Positions 13,912-28,133 of a DNA stretch of 64,000 bases are shown in pieces. Both the position numbers and the translations under genes were made by a program. Location of the stretch: contig OZ024757.1 in the NCBI GenBank assembly GCA_964016885.1, positions 2,604,001 to 2,668,000 of the forward strand. The letters run 5' to 3'. Numbering within the stretch: position 1 is the stretch's first letter; every line of letters begins with the position of its first letter. Origin of the DNA: Eledone cirrhosa (taxonomy: Eukaryota). The notes under the pieces were generated by a model. The model saw only the letters and a list, made by a program, of their open reading frames with translations. It ran no database searches and was not told where the DNA came from.

Positions 13912-14402
13912 TAGTGGTGCTCTGAAATAGCGATGTATACATGAATGTATGTATAGTATATATGGCAATATACTGTATGTTTAATTTAAAATATTTTGAA
14001 GACCATTCGTTATGAGTTTTAAAGTAGTGACTATGTCACTTACTTATTCTCGGCAAATACAATATATATAGTATAATTAAAATGTCATACACTTAACACG
14101 TTTGCACAATCTAAGGTTTCGGGGTGAACCACTGTATAGGGGAGGAACCGTTTTAATACTGGTCTCTTGTCGGGCGCCAGGACCCGAAACCTAAGGTCAC
14201 ACATGATATTCTATGTACACTAAATAAGCTCTCTTGCAACAGATTGAGCACTGTTTTCCTTGGCCTTTTATCTACAGATTTCATGAACACACACACGCAC
14301 ACACACACACAGACACAGACACAGACACACACACACATACAGACACACACACCACACACAGACATACACACACAGACACAGACACACACACACATACACA
14401 CA

Positions 14403-14448
<46 letters not shown>

Positions 14449-14609
14449 ACACACACAGACACAGACACACACACACATACACACACACACACCACACACA
14501 CACACACAGACACACACACACAGACACACACACACACACCACACACACACAATTTAAAAACAATAGAAGTACGGACTGAAAACATTCTTTAAAGTTTTAA
14601 TTTTGCGAA

Positions 14610-14685
14610 AATATTACACGCATTTCAATGGCCCAGTTTCATCACTCGTTCATGATGGAAGACTTTGCCGATTTCATCAGGTGTT
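14610..14685 (-). ncRNA. Degenerate hammerhead, family F16
   Basis: Reverse complement: aacac CTGATGA aat.ggc..gcc att GAAA tgcgtg TA atatt; stem I decayed. Confidence 0.5.
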
Positions 14686-14984
14686 GATTGCAAAATTAGT
14701 TATATAAGATAACAGGATTACGGCGAACACAAATAGAGAATAGAGGATAGATTTGGTTCGGGGATGTCTTGCTAATTCAGTGGTATTGTAACAACAAACC
14801 ATCCTCGAAATTCGTAGAATATATATGAAGAAGAATCATTTCCTCCATAGGAAAGTGTGAAAGTATACACAGTGAGTCCTCGACTTACGAACGTTCCCAG
14901 AGGCCCTTTGTAAGTCGATCGTCTAACACAGTACGTACTAGTAAGACCATATTTGTTACATTGATACAGAAGGTTTCCATATGA

Positions 14985-15338
<354 letters not shown>

Positions 15339-15460
15339 AGGAGGTGAGTTTTATTGTAGCACAATAAAGCAATGCAAATATCGGATAAGTAGCACTCTAC
15401 AGTTTGTAGGACTGGAGTATAAATAATATAAGATGAAAAGATGGTTAAAAGAGTTCCAAG

Positions 15461-15531
15461 TATTTTATTATGCGCATTTCAAAAACAAATATCATCATGG
15501 GATGATATCTGCGTTCTCATCAGATAAAATA
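15461..15531 (-). ncRNA. Minimal type I hammerhead of the Penelope 3' end, family F6
   Basis: Reverse complement: tattttat CTGATGA gaacgcagatatca..tgatatttgttttt GAAA tgcgca TA ataaaata. Confidence 0.88.
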
Positions 15532-16694
15532 GGGAGACATGATATGAAGCTTAAAAAACACTTGTGAGCAGTGAAGTTTTAAATCAACATATGAAAAATA
15601 AACTAAGATGGATATATGAGACTGGGAAAAAGTGAGGCGGGGTAGGAAAAGGTAAGGAAGAGGAAGAAATAAGAGTAAAGAATGGTGGGGGAGGAGTATA
15701 AGAAGGAAGGATGAGAGAGGAGGAGAAATGGGTGATAGAGAGAGATAGCCTTACAACTGAGAAAATATTGTCTCACAGAGAGAAATTAAAAAACCGTTGA
15801 AAGATAATAGATAATTTAAAAGATTTTGAAATTAAAAGTTTATGAGGTTTATGCATGAAGATAAAGGAATTAAGAATAGTATTAAATTATAGTTTGTATA
15901 TTGAAGGGTTTAATAATATGTACGAAAAAGAGAATTTATTAATATGTATTATTAAAATAAAAATATTAATGATATTAAGGATATAATGTGAAAGAAGGAG
16001 AAGAATAAATGAGTTATGAACTTAGAGGAATTAGTTAGGGTTTAAGTTTGGTTTTATGTATTGTAATATGTAAACGTAAATAGTAGGTTTAAAATGAGCA
16101 CGGAAGGAGAGAAGAAAAAATAAAGTTTAAGGAAGAAAATATCTAACGTCAAAAAGTATATATGTTTACGAAACATTTTCTGATGGTAATATTATTATAT
16201 ATTAAAAAAGAAATTAGCTAGGGTTTAAGTTTGTTTTTATGTATTGTAATATGTAAAAGTAAAAGTAAATAGTAGGTTTAAAATGAACATGGAAGGAGAA
16301 AAATTTAAGGAAGAAAAAAATATATCTAACGTAAAAAAGTTTATATGTTTACGAAAATCTTCTAATGGTAATATTATAATGTATTAAGAAAAATATAGCT
16401 TTAATGGCCAATAATATGAGGAAAGATGGAAAAATGGATAATGCTGTAGTGAGTAATAATATGAATTGAGAAGTAATTGGGAAGAAAAAGTACAGATTAG
16501 AGATTAGAAATTAAAAAAGAAAAAAGAAAGAAAGGAAAATGATAAAGAAGAAAGATAGGGGATTATGACATATAATGAGTAAATTGTATTATATAATATA
16601 TAATACTGAAATAAGGTAGAAAGATGGGTATATTTGTAAAAGATATATAAGCCTTTGAGAAAAGAGGATTTTAAACTAATAAGGTATTGAGATA

Positions 16695-17217
16695 TTAGCT
16701 GTATACTTTATGGAATGTTCTATGGAATTTATGCAAGCAGAGCGAAAATAAATCTGTGCGTCTATTTATTATAGAATTGAAATTTGATATAATGGTAAAT
16801 TTCTCGGCTAGGCAAAGATTACATGTTCTGGATAGGGAAGAATTTCTGTAAGTAAAGGCGGAGCAAACATTCCTCCAAGAGATGTTATAGTTAATATTTT
16901 TGTCTTTTAAGGACCATATGAGTTCCGAGAGTGCCGTGTTAGTTCTTTTAAGTTGGTATTTAAAAGACGATTTGTGATTATAAAATCTAGCTTTGAAGGA
17001 AGTGGAAGTGGAACCGAAATAGGTAAAAGAATTAAAGACAATGGTTATTAAGAGGACATTTAGTTCTAATAGGGCAATTACAATTACAATTAGAGAAATT
17101 AACAACAGAGTTATTAACAAGCGACCTAGTATTATTTATAGAAGGAATTGGATTGGAGAAGTTATTTACGATAGGAACAATAGTTTCCTGATTTAGATTG
17201 GTATTATGAACATTCAA
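16695..17217 (-). pseudogene. PLE GIY-YIG endonuclease remnant (frameshifted)
   Basis: Cys-rich CxC..CPL..C motif followed by YFG..RFYNH..CNLCLAEK across two frames. Confidence 0.8.
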
Positions 17218-17443
17218 CGAAGTTACGTTTGACGTCGTATTTAAATTTACAGAATCTAGCCTAGAGTTAATCTAGCGTCGGGTATACTACTGCTATTATT
17301 ATGACGCTCAGTGTTGGAAGGATGTAATTTATTATTTAATATTTTATTGTTGTGTTTAGAGATAATGCTAGAGATGTTGGAAGTGGTGGAATAAGAAATG
17401 TAATTGTATGTTTGTTAAAGATTTTACTATAGATATATAATAT

Positions 17444-17631
17444 AATTTTTTCTACTTTAGGCACAAGGCCAGCAATTACCCAGTGCATTACTGGTACTTT
17501 ATTTTATCTACCCCGTAAGGATGAAAGGCAAAGTCAACTTCGGCGGGATTTGAACTCAGATCGTAAAGGGACGTAACTATGCTGGAAAGCATGGCGTCCG
17601 ACCCCCTACCGATACTGCCAATCCACCGCCC
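17444..17631 (-). mobile_element. SINE with 18-bp TSD
   Basis: ACTATAGATATATAATAT at 17426-17443 and 17632-17649. Confidence 0.9.
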
Positions 17632-17644
17632 ACTATAGATATAT

Positions 17645-17742
17645 AATATCATATCATATCATATCATATCATATCATATCATATCATATCATATCATATC
17701 ATATCATATCATATCATATCATATCATATCATATCATATCAT
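17645..17742. repeat. (ATATC)n pentanucleotide repeat
   Basis: Read directly. Confidence 0.95.
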
Positions 17743-17822
17743 TGTTTCTACTATAATATAATATAATATAATATAATATAATATAATACGTATGGTAATA
17801 TAAGATAATATAATATATGTAT

Positions 17823-18000
17823 GTAGGTAGACCACGAAAAACATGGGCGGAGGTGGTGAGAGCAGACCTCAGATCCCTGAAGCTCACCGAGGAGATGACG
17901 AAGGACCGTGACAAGTGGAGAGATGCTGTGCTGAAGAGGACCTGTCCCACCCTTGCAAGCAGGGAAAAGTGGACGTAAAATGATGATGATGATGATGATG
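17823..18000 (+). mobile_element. RTE LINE 3' fragment
   Basis: VGRPRKTWAEVVRADL..DRDKWR, then a (TGA)n tail. Confidence 0.8.
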
Positions 18001-18073
18001 TATGGTAATATAATATAATATAATATAATATATGACATAATATAATATATGATATGACATAATATAATATGAT

Positions 18074-18111
<38 letters not shown>

Positions 18112-18112
<1 letters not shown>

Positions 18113-18301
18113 ATAATTGTTTCTACTTTAGGCACAAGGCCAGCAATAACCCAGTGCATTACTGGTACTTTATTTTATCGACCCCGTAAGGATGAAAGGC
18201 AAAGTTAACCTCGGTGGGATTTGAACTCAGACCATACAGGGAGGTAACTATGCTTCAAAGCATGGCGTCCGACCCTCTACCGATACTGCCAATCTACCGC
18301 C
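18112..18301 (-). mobile_element. SINE
   Basis: Reverse complement of the 8725 family. Confidence 0.88.
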
Positions 18302-18504
18302 TTTATATATATAGTAATAATAATAAATTTGAAGACTAAAATCCAAAGAGGGCTCGATAAGGATAAATATATATTAAATATATAAGAACCGGAGAGCAAA
18401 TGCCAGGGAACGTTTCCACGAACCAAAGTATCGTCTTCCTGTCTTCCCTCGGCTGCAATGTTTTTTGAAATATTTACTTCTGCGTTCACAGATTGATTTT
18501 TTTT

Positions 18505-18555
18505 AGTTTCAGAAGATGCCGTTAAGGGCGAAAGCAGCGATTCTTTGCTTAAACT
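18505..18555 (+). ncRNA. Hammerhead-like motif, family F7 (CAGAAGA core)
   Basis: agttt CAGAAGA tgccgttaagggc GAAA gca..tgc TT aaact. Confidence 0.55.
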
Positions 18556-18586
18556 TTAATCTGTTATTTTAATAAATATATATATA

Positions 18587-18702
<116 letters not shown>

Positions 18703-19286
18703 CTTTAGGTTTGTTGGTTCACCACTGGATAGAATCGGTCATTCCGTATGGTCAATCTTGGTGTAATATTGTGGAGAGTACTCAACGTAGTGCAGTTCAC
18801 CCGTCTTCGTTTGTGTAGTTGGTGTTGCGAATACGGAGTTAATTATAAATAAAATAACTGGAGGCTGGACTGGTGTAAATCCTTGAAAGGTTTATTATAC
18901 TATGATCATTACAATGACCGGGTTCCATATGAATCCGGTGATATCAGCAGGTATTGGAATATAACAAAGGAATATGTAAAAAAAACCCTGGGTCCGAAAA
19001 ATCAGAGACAGAGACAAAGAGGGCGACTGATCAACTAGCTGCTTTCACCTCGGCCAGTCGCCCTCAAAGTGATGGAAACTATATATATATCAATGATATT
19101 AAATAAATGGAAGCTATATTTATAAAACCATATTTATTCTATTATATATATTTCAAGGGTACAATTAAATATACCTTTTGCTTATATATATATATATAGT
19201 ATAATAATAAATTTGAAGACAAAAATCCGAAGAGGGCTCGATAAGGATAAAATATATATCAAATATACAAAAACCGTAGAGCAAAT

Positions 19287-19418
19287 ATTTATTAAAATAA
19301 CAGATTAAAGTTTAAGCAAAGAATCACTGATTTCTGCCTTAACGGATCTTCAGAAGATCGCGTTAAGGGTGAAAGCAGTGATTCTTTGCTTAAACTTTAA
19401 TCTGTTATTTTAATAAAT
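19287..19418. repeat. F7 fold-back turning inside the ribozyme core
   Basis: ..GGATCTT-CAGAAGATC.. centre at about 19351. Confidence 0.8.
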
Positions 19419-19427
19419 AAATAAATA

Positions 19428-19475
<48 letters not shown>

Positions 19476-19546
19476 AAGAGTCATGTATGTTAAATGTATT
19501 AATTGGAGAAAGTATTCATCCCGGTCAAACGTTTCTGACGGTAGAG

Positions 19547-19584
<38 letters not shown>

Positions 19585-19732
19585 TATGACCAAAGATTAA
19601 TATGGTTCATTGATTACTCAATGAATACAGTTTTACAATAGATTAAAAGCCCTCAACAGTGCGGTTTTCCTGGAGTTTTTAATATAATTCAAAATATTAA
19701 CAAATGAAAATATTCACATAATCAAAAAATAT

Positions 19733-19793
19733 GTTTTATATATATTTCGAAGGTACTGTGTTGTTTTTTTCAGTACGTCCTCGTCAGATAGAA
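19733..19793 (-). ncRNA. Hammerhead, family F4
   Basis: Reverse complement: CTGACGA ggacgtactg..cagtaccttc GAAA tatata TA; stem I weak. Confidence 0.5.
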
Positions 19794-19939
19794 TATATGA
19801 TTTGATATATGACAATACAGTACGGTCTTGATATTTCAATTCCTGTATTGGCAGTGATTTATTTTATCAAATCTCAACATTTATGTACCACAAATAATAA
19901 TATGATAAACTTATAAACACCACACCACTATCATTTATA

Positions 19940-20575
19940 CGCACACATATACATACACATACATACATATACACATACATATGTACATGCACAAACATAC
20001 ATACTCACACATACATACTCACACATAATTACATGCATACATATGAACATACATACGTATATACATAAATACATACACACATACATATATACTTACATAT
20101 ATACACACATACATTTATACACAAACAATAGCACACACACATGCATACATACATACACATACATACATGCGTACATATGTACATACATACGTATATACAC
20201 AAATACATATATACTTACATACATATATACTTACATACGTATATACACATACATATATACTTACATACATATCTACACACATATATACATGCATACACAA
20301 ACACACAATATCACACATACATACATACATATATAGACATACATAATACATACACATATATACATACATACATACATACATACATACATGCATACACATA
20401 TATACATACACACACACATACATACATACGTATATACATATACACATACGTCTATACATAAATACATACCCACATACATATATATACACGTACATACATA
20501 CAGAAACACACAATATCACACATACATATATAGATATACATACATACACAATAGCACACACGCAAATGTATACAC
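19940..20575. repeat. (CATA)n/(CA)n microsatellite
   Basis: Read directly. Confidence 0.9.
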
Positions 20576-20968
20576 ACTTTTCGAAGGAAGGTTTATGTCT
20601 GATTTTACCTGGCGCTGTGTTGGGGTGGGGTGGGGTGATGGAGGGGGGGGTATGGATGAGGTGTTGATGATGTGATGGTGGTGATGTGGTGGTGGTGAAG
20701 TCGTGGTGGTGAAGTCGTGGTGAGGTGTCTCTAGTGGCATAATTTTATATGCAAATAATGATATGTATATGTATATATGTATGTGTGTATGTGTGTATGT
20801 ATGCATATATGCATGTATGTGTGTATATATATATATGTATGTAAGTGTGTATGTATATATGTATGTATGCATGTAGATATGAGTGTATGAATATATGTGT
20901 GTATGTATGTAAATGTATATCTACTAGTATGGTACCCATCAAAAATGACGGTGTTTGTTAAATACAAT

Positions 20969-22070
20969 CTATACATATAGATAAAACTGTAGTTGTCTGT
21001 GTGTCCCCATTTTTGCAAAGTCTATACAAATCCACATTTCTACTCCGATTGACTTCAAACTTTTATTTTTCAATTTTCTGTTGTTAAAGGGGTGTTAGGC
21101 GCCGGTTATTGATATCCGTCGCGCCCTTATAATATCTGTCTGTATGCCTGGCTGTCTGCATTACGACATTATGACAAACATTGACGACGTATTATGTTCG
21201 CTATTTTCCGTTCATTGCCAGGTAACGTCTTCACGAACCAAAGTATCGTCTTCCTGTTTTCCTTCGGTTGCAACGTTTTTTCGAAATATTTACTTCTGCG
21301 TTCACAGATTGATTTCTTTAATTTCAGAAGATCCCGTTAAGGGTGAAAGCAGCGATTCTTTGCTTAAACTTTAAACTGTTATTTTAATATATAGTATAAG
21401 TGAGGCAAGCCAGCCCAGTTGCCAATAAACGTTAACCCTTTGTGCGCAATTCATCTAACTGTAGACCAACAAATAGCAACTAAACGGAGCGTTGACAAGA
21501 ACGATGGCGAATGAATCTTCGAGGTAAGCAGTTTCCTCCCGAGCTGTTAGTTCACGCGGGATTCTCTGCTACACCTTTTCGTAATAATACCGAACAACGT
21601 ACTGTTGGTCACTCCTTCTTCCAAAAGCCGTACAAAGTGGACATGTACATCGGGAGCAAATCTACACCAGGCCTACGCGAGAAATTCGCAAGGGACTGCA
21701 CCGAGTGGGATAGAGAGAAAGAGTAACTTAGTGGAAAGAGTGCGAATGAACTTTTTAGGTAAGTAGCCTACGGCTTACTGCTATGGCACTGGAATCTTCT
21801 GCCAACTTAACCTGTTACTTTCTCTTTCACATTTACTCCAAAAGGCCAAAACAGAGGAGTATGAAAAGAAGGGGCTTAACAATATTTCTATGAACAATGC
21901 ACGTAGACAGCTAAACTGTACTTTCAACTTCTTAATTTTCTCCAAATAAAACAAGTTTCCTGTCGGTATATTTTCGTGAGTTTTTAACAAACACTCACAA
22001 ATAAACGTTTCTCATTGGAGGTGCTATTACCAATGTTCTTACCCGTGCAACGCCGGGATACACTGCTAGT
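20969..22070 (-). mobile_element. Non-autonomous Helitron/Helentron-like element with a nested F7 insert
   Basis: Reverse complement starts ACTAGCAGTGTATCCCGGCGTTGCACGGG and ends CACACAGAC..TTTTATCTATATGTATAG. Confidence 0.5.
21320..21370 (+). ncRNA. Hammerhead-like motif, family F7
   Basis: aattt CAGAAGA t ccc gttaa ggg t GAAA gca..tgc TT aaact. Confidence 0.55.
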
Positions 22071-22165
22071 ATTTAATAAAATAATTTCTTGGTTACATCA
22101 TTCTAAGTGAAGATGTTTGTCAGAATATGTTGTGACCAGATTTAGGACAGCAACAACATCTAATC

Positions 22166-22235
22166 CAGCGGTCACCAACTGGTGGTCCGCGGACCACCTG
22201 TGGTCGGAGAGAACATGTTGGTGGTCCGCAGAAAA
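22166..22235 (+). mobile_element. hAT-like MITE terminus
   Basis: CAGCGGTCACCAAC followed by GGTGGTCCGCGGACCACC subterminal palindromes. Confidence 0.45.
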
Positions 22236-22271
22236 ATGTGGACAGCATTATTTGCAATTTTTATGTTTTAT

Positions 22272-22453
22272 TAATAATTGTTTCTACTTTAGGCACAAGG
22301 CCAGCAATCAACCAGTGCATTACTGGTACTTTATTTTATCGACCCCGTAAGGATGAAAGGCAAAGTCAACCTCGGCGGGATTTGAACTCAGATCGTAAAG
22401 GGACGTAACTATGCTGGGAAGCATGGCGTCCGACCCTCTACCGATACTGCCAA
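22272..22453 (-). mobile_element. SINE
   Basis: Reverse complement of the 8725 family. Confidence 0.88.
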
Positions 22454-22588
22454 TAAAACAAAAATAATATTTGGTTAAAATATATTTTATAACCCCTAAG
22501 TATTTTATAACCCCTCAGTAAAGAACTAACAACCATGAAAGAATTTTACACATATATATCATCTATCGACAATATGACACACGTATAC

Positions 22589-22915
22589 TTCCTTTCCTGA
22601 GACATTCTAACTACATGTCTGTAGTATCAGAGCTGTAATCTCTCAATTCAGAGATCCTTTCCTGAGACATTCTAACTACATGTCTGTAGTATCAGAGCTG
22701 TAATCTCTCAATCCAGAGATTCTTTCCTGAGACATTCTAACCACATGTCTGTAGTATCAGAGCTGTGATCTCTTAATTCAGAGATTCTTTCCAGAGACAT
22801 TCTAACCACATGTCTGTAGTATCAGAGCTGTGATCTCTCAATTCAGAGATTCTTTCCTGAGACATTCTAACCACATGCCGATAGTATCAGAGCTGTGATC
22901 TCTCAATTCTGAGAA
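22589..22915 (-). repeat. 65-bp minisatellite, 5 copies, derived from RTE coding sequence
   Basis: Units at 22591, 22656, 22721, 22786 and 22851; reverse complement reads LRIERSQL*YYRHVVRMSQERI. Confidence 0.85.
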
Positions 22916-23760
22916 GTAGCTGCTCTACCTGGAGTGATTCTCTGATATCTGAGCTACACAATCTATCGAGTAACATTACTCCAAAGACACTTCAGGGTAA
23001 CCCAATTTTGGCCGCTTGTATTTGCAATCATATTCTTTCAGTCATTACCCAAGGTTTATGACCATAGGTAAGGGTTGGCATGAATACCAAACTGAAGATA
23101 GCGCGTTTGGCTTTTACACCTACCTCCCTTCTTCTGATTACTGAATGCTGAAGCATTGCTGCACCAGCTCCTGCAATTCTTGCACTTAATTCAGCTTCCT
23201 ATCTTCCATCACCCATGAACACGGCCCTGAAATACTTGAACTTCTCTACCTGCTTCAGTGGAACTCCATTCACATGTAGAGTGCACCACACAGGCTTCCA
23301 TGAGAGGACGAGTGTCTCCGTTTTTGCAACACTGATTTTAATTCCAGACATGCAGCACTCAGCATCAAACCTATCAAGTGCAAGTCAGAGATCACCTTCT
23401 GTCGAGTTAAGTAACACCATGTCGTCTGCAAATTCCAGTCGACTGATTTTACACCCGCCAGTCATGATGCCACTTCCAACCAGGTTGCGCATGTCAATCT
23501 TGTTCATGAAAATAATTGTTTCTACTTTAGACCAGCAATTACCCAGTACATTACTGGTACTTAATTTATCGACCCTGTAAGGATGAAAGACCAAGTTAAC
23601 CTTGGCGGGATTTGAACTCAGACCGTAAAGGGACGTAACTATGCTAGAAAGCATGGCGTCCAACCCTCTACCGATACTGCCAATTCACCGCCTTGTTCAT
23701 GAAAATAATGAAGAGGTAAGGTGACAGTATACGCACTTGATGGACTCCGACCCTCCACCT
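22916..23760 (-). mobile_element. Decayed RTE-clade RT fragment interrupted by a SINE
   Basis: [42 protein letters not shown]. Confidence 0.8.
23517..23692 (-). mobile_element. SINE with ~17-bp TSD
   Basis: TTGTTCATGAAAATAAT at 23500-23516 and 23693-23709. Confidence 0.9.
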
Positions 23761-23779
23761 ATATGTACATATATATATG

Positions 23780-24138
<359 letters not shown>

Positions 24139-24315
24139 ATACTATTTATAGTTATGTATATAGTACACTATAAATAACTATAAACAGGAAAGGTCAGTAA
24201 TTAATTACTACCTTATTGCCAGTAAGAGAAATAGCTCAATGTAAGAACATCAGGTGTTTTACAGAGCAGGAATATAAATTACACAAGTATCAAAGTTATA
24301 TTCAAATCATTTAAT

Positions 24316-24362
24316 CGCTGACTATTGTTTCTTCCAAACTTTAGTTTGAAATCATCGGAGCA
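24316..24362 (-). ncRNA. Hammerhead, family F3 (CCGAUGA)
   Basis: Reverse complement: tgct CCGATGA tttcaaac taaa gtttggaa GAAA caatag TC agcg. Confidence 0.6.
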
Positions 24363-24808
24363 TTATCAATGTTTGTACATTTTTTAACGGTTAAAATATC
24401 GTTAAAGAATCTCGCTGTAGAAGAACTCTAATCCATGAATATGAATACAATAAGACCAAGTTACAATCCATTACTATAACTAACTAAAAACATTCAATAC
24501 AAACATTAACTAAAATATAACTTAACAAATGTAATGGATGGGAAATCAGTAACTTTCATATTCTACACACATACAAATTTGAACTATACAGAAACTATCA
24601 TCGCTTTACATCCTCCATAATACACTAACATATTCGCTTAAAGTGCTTGTATTTTATGTACAATCTCTATACGTTTGAATATGTAATTTCTCAATGCCTC
24701 TTTAATTATTAGACTATTCTATTGTATTATCTGTCGCATGTATTCCACTCTGTGCTTTTAATTTTAATTTTAAACTTAATTTGAATTATTGTACAACTTT
24801 TTACCGTG

Positions 24809-27197
24809 TTACTTACACGGCCACATTACAGCGTGGACTGTGTGTGTTTTTTTGTCGTGACACCAAACACAATCTCGATCTCATTTTCTCGTGCTGTTGG
24901 TGGGAGTGGGAGGATAGAGTAGGGGTAGTGGATTTGGGTGTATATTTGGTTAAGAGGTGCCTACTGACTGTAGGTTTCGCTTTGTACATAGGCAAGGCGG
25001 GTCTTCTGTATTACTGCGTAGCGCCAAAGATCTCGGTCCAGAGACATTGTCTTAGACAGATGTACGTGTGTGAGGTCGGAATTTATCAGATCATCCCAGG
25101 TTTTTCTGGGTCTACGTACTCCATAACTACCATCAATTTTGATCGCCCTGCACTTTTTTATGCGGCTGTCGTCTTTCATGCGCATCACGTGACCATTCCA
25201 ACGTAGTCTTCTCTCAAGTAAACAGCATCTGATCCCTCTTATTCCTAATTTCTCACTTAGTTCATTTATGCTTTGCCGTTCACGTATATTACTATTACAC
25301 ATCCAACGGAGCATGCATGCTTCGTTCCTTTCCAGTCTACGCAGGTCCTCTGCACGTAATGCCCATGTCTCACTGCCATGTAGCATTGCTGTTCGTATAC
25401 AGGAATCATACAATCTGCCTTTCATTTTTAGAGAGAAACCTTTTGTGGCCAACAACGGTATAAGCTCTCTGAACTTTTTCCATCCCGTTCTGACTCTGGC
25501 TACTGTACTTTCAGAACACCCTCCACCACTGCTGATTTCGTCACGCAGGTAACGGAAAGTGTCTACTATTTCTATAGAACCATCTGGGCAATGGAAGGAG
25601 CTAGTATCCTTTGGACACTTGCTACTTATTGCACCTGAGCATTGGCCACATATAAAGTCTACGGTCTTAGATAGTTTATCTGTGATCCCACTACATCTTT
25701 TATGTACCCATACTTTACATTTGGGACATAAAATGGAATTTCTGCCTACTCCTTTCCTACACACTGAGCATGGCCATTTCCCTGACGGCACCTGTGCCCC
25801 ATTTTCCTTTCTACAAACTAGAACTTTGGTCTTAGACAAGTTAACTTTAAGGCCTTTTGATTCTAGGCCATGCTTCCATGTTTCGAATTTCTTCTCTAGT
25901 TCAACCATTGATTCAGCTATGAGCGTTAGATCATCTGCATATAGGAGTTCCCATGGGCAGCCGGTCTTGAACTCCTCTGTTATAGCCTGAAGGGAAATAA
26001 TAAGTAGAGGGGTTTACTTTTAGCTAGGTACTTCTCTTGTAGTTGTTGTACAAGGAAAAGAGCGTCTGTGGTACTGTTACCTGACACAAACCCAAACTGC
26101 ATTTCATCTAGATCAATTCGCTCTCTGATTAGTTGCGCTATAACTCTTTCTGTGACCTTCATGACCTGGTCAACTAATTTAATGCCTCTATAGTTTCCCC
26201 TATCTAGAGTATCCCCTTTACCCTTGTAGCAATTAATGATGCTGCTGCTACACCAGTCTTTTGGTATGACCCCATTCTGTATTACTTGGTTAACTATACG
26301 GGTGACCATAGTGTGTCCCACCATACCAGATGCGTTCAACATCTCAGCAACTATCTCCGAAGGCCCAGCTGCATGCCTGTCTTCATATCTTTGATTGCCT
26401 TACTTATTATACTACCTTTAACTTGCACCGCTGGTCCTTCTATTGGATCGATTTGGGGCAGACTATCTTTTTCCCATTTATTCTCCTCATTTAATAGTCT
26501 CTCGTAGTGACACTTCCAGGCTATCTTCTTATCATTATCAGTGAGCGCAAGTACACTTCTCCCCGACAATATCACGGTTTTCCTTGACACATTGTCTAGC
26601 AATCCTGAACACCTCACGTTTTTGGTCCTCACGTTGCAGAACATGCTTGAACTCTCTATGCTCTGCAACCCTTTTTGCAAGATACACTTGTCTCCTAGCT
26701 TTTCTCCTGGCCACTTGATAGTGCTTTCTACTTCCCCCATCCTGCCATACTTTCCAAGCCTGCTTTTTGACCTTGATTGTCTCTTCTACCTTACTGTTCC
26801 ACCACCAAGTTACTCTCCTCCTGACAATAGGTCTGCTCCAGCCACAGATTTCATCCGTTGCTTTCAGCAGGTTCACTTTCAAGAATTGCCACTGTTCCTC
26901 TATATTGCACGTCCCTAATTGCTCTTCCTTATTGTCAAAGGCATCAAGTAATAAGCTTTTATATTTGTCACTGGCTATGGGGTCCTTCAACTTCCATATT
27001 CTTCTCCTCAAGGTGGACCTCCTCTGTCGTCGAGTACGTCTATTCCTGACTATGAGGTCACTAACTACTAGGCTATGTTGGGAGGTGCATTCTTCACGGG
27101 GGAGGGATTTAGTGTTTACAACAGACATTTTGTCCCATCTTCCAGTAAGGATATAATCTATCTGGCTGGCGTTTTCCCCTGATCTAGAGGTGATCAA
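24809..27197 (-). mobile_element. RTE-clade LINE, 5'-truncated, frameshifted, with internal RT deletion
   Basis: APE end SQIDYIL; TWWWN; NYRGIKL; QFGF..STTDA; PWELLYADDL; RLRWNGHVMRM; RPRKTW. Confidence 0.92.
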
Positions 27198-27489
27198 GAT
27201 ATATATATATATTAGAAAGTGAGGATTTTTTTACAAAATGAAAAATAACCGATGTCCTACACGAGTGAAAGTATAAAGAAAAAAAGATGAAATTGAAAAT
27301 GCAACTGGAGTCTTATTTAAAATATATATATATATTTATTTGGTTCCTTTACCGGTTTCTGCTTTTCAAAAGTAGAGTTGAGATGGAGGGTCTGTGGTTT
27401 TTCTCACATCTCGAACTGCGAAACCAGTAAAGGAACCAAATAAATATATATATTTAAAAAAAAAAGATTCCAGTTGCATTTTCGATTTC

Positions 27490-27593
<104 letters not shown>

Positions 27594-27767
27594 TTATCCT
27601 TATCGAGCCCTCTTCGGAATTTAGTCTTCACATTTATTATTATTACTATATATATATAGTAATAATAATAAATGTGAAGACTAAATTCCGAAGAGGGCTC
27701 GATAAGGATAATGCATATAAAAATATATAAAACCATAGAGCAAATATTTATTAAAATAACAGATTAA

Positions 27768-27817
27768 AGTTTAAGCAAAGAATCGCTGCTTTCACCCTTA
27801 ACAGGATCTTCTGAAAG
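27768..27817 (-). ncRNA. Hammerhead-like motif, family F7, in a fold-back
   Basis: Reverse complement: ttt CAGAAGA tcctgttaagggt GAAA gca..tgc TT aaact. Confidence 0.5.
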
Positions 27818-28077
27818 AAGGGTGAACGCAGCGATCTTTTGCTTAAACTTTAATCTGTTATTTTAAAGCTAAGTAGTGAGTCTCACAACATAAATGAATA
27901 TTTAAACTCTACTTCAGTATTGAGTACTTTTATCTTTCGTAATATTTATATATATAGATAGATATACATACTACCCCAAGTATCGAGTACTCTATTGAGT
28001 AATTGTTTAACCAGTTTCAGACTGAATTCATCCTGATATATACACACACACATATATAAATATATGTATATATATAC

Positions 28078-28130
<53 letters not shown>

Positions 28131-28133
28131 TAT

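Larger units (their letters stand above)
15336..17432 (-). mobile_element. Penelope-like element, 5'-truncated: linker, GIY-YIG endonuclease, long 3' region with HHR
   Basis: Reverse complement reads SKIFNKHT/SYSTTSNISSIISKHNNKI, CNCNC..CPLNNHCL, YFGST..FKARFYNHKSSF, TALS, CNLCLAEK; HHR near the 3' end. Confidence 0.85.
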
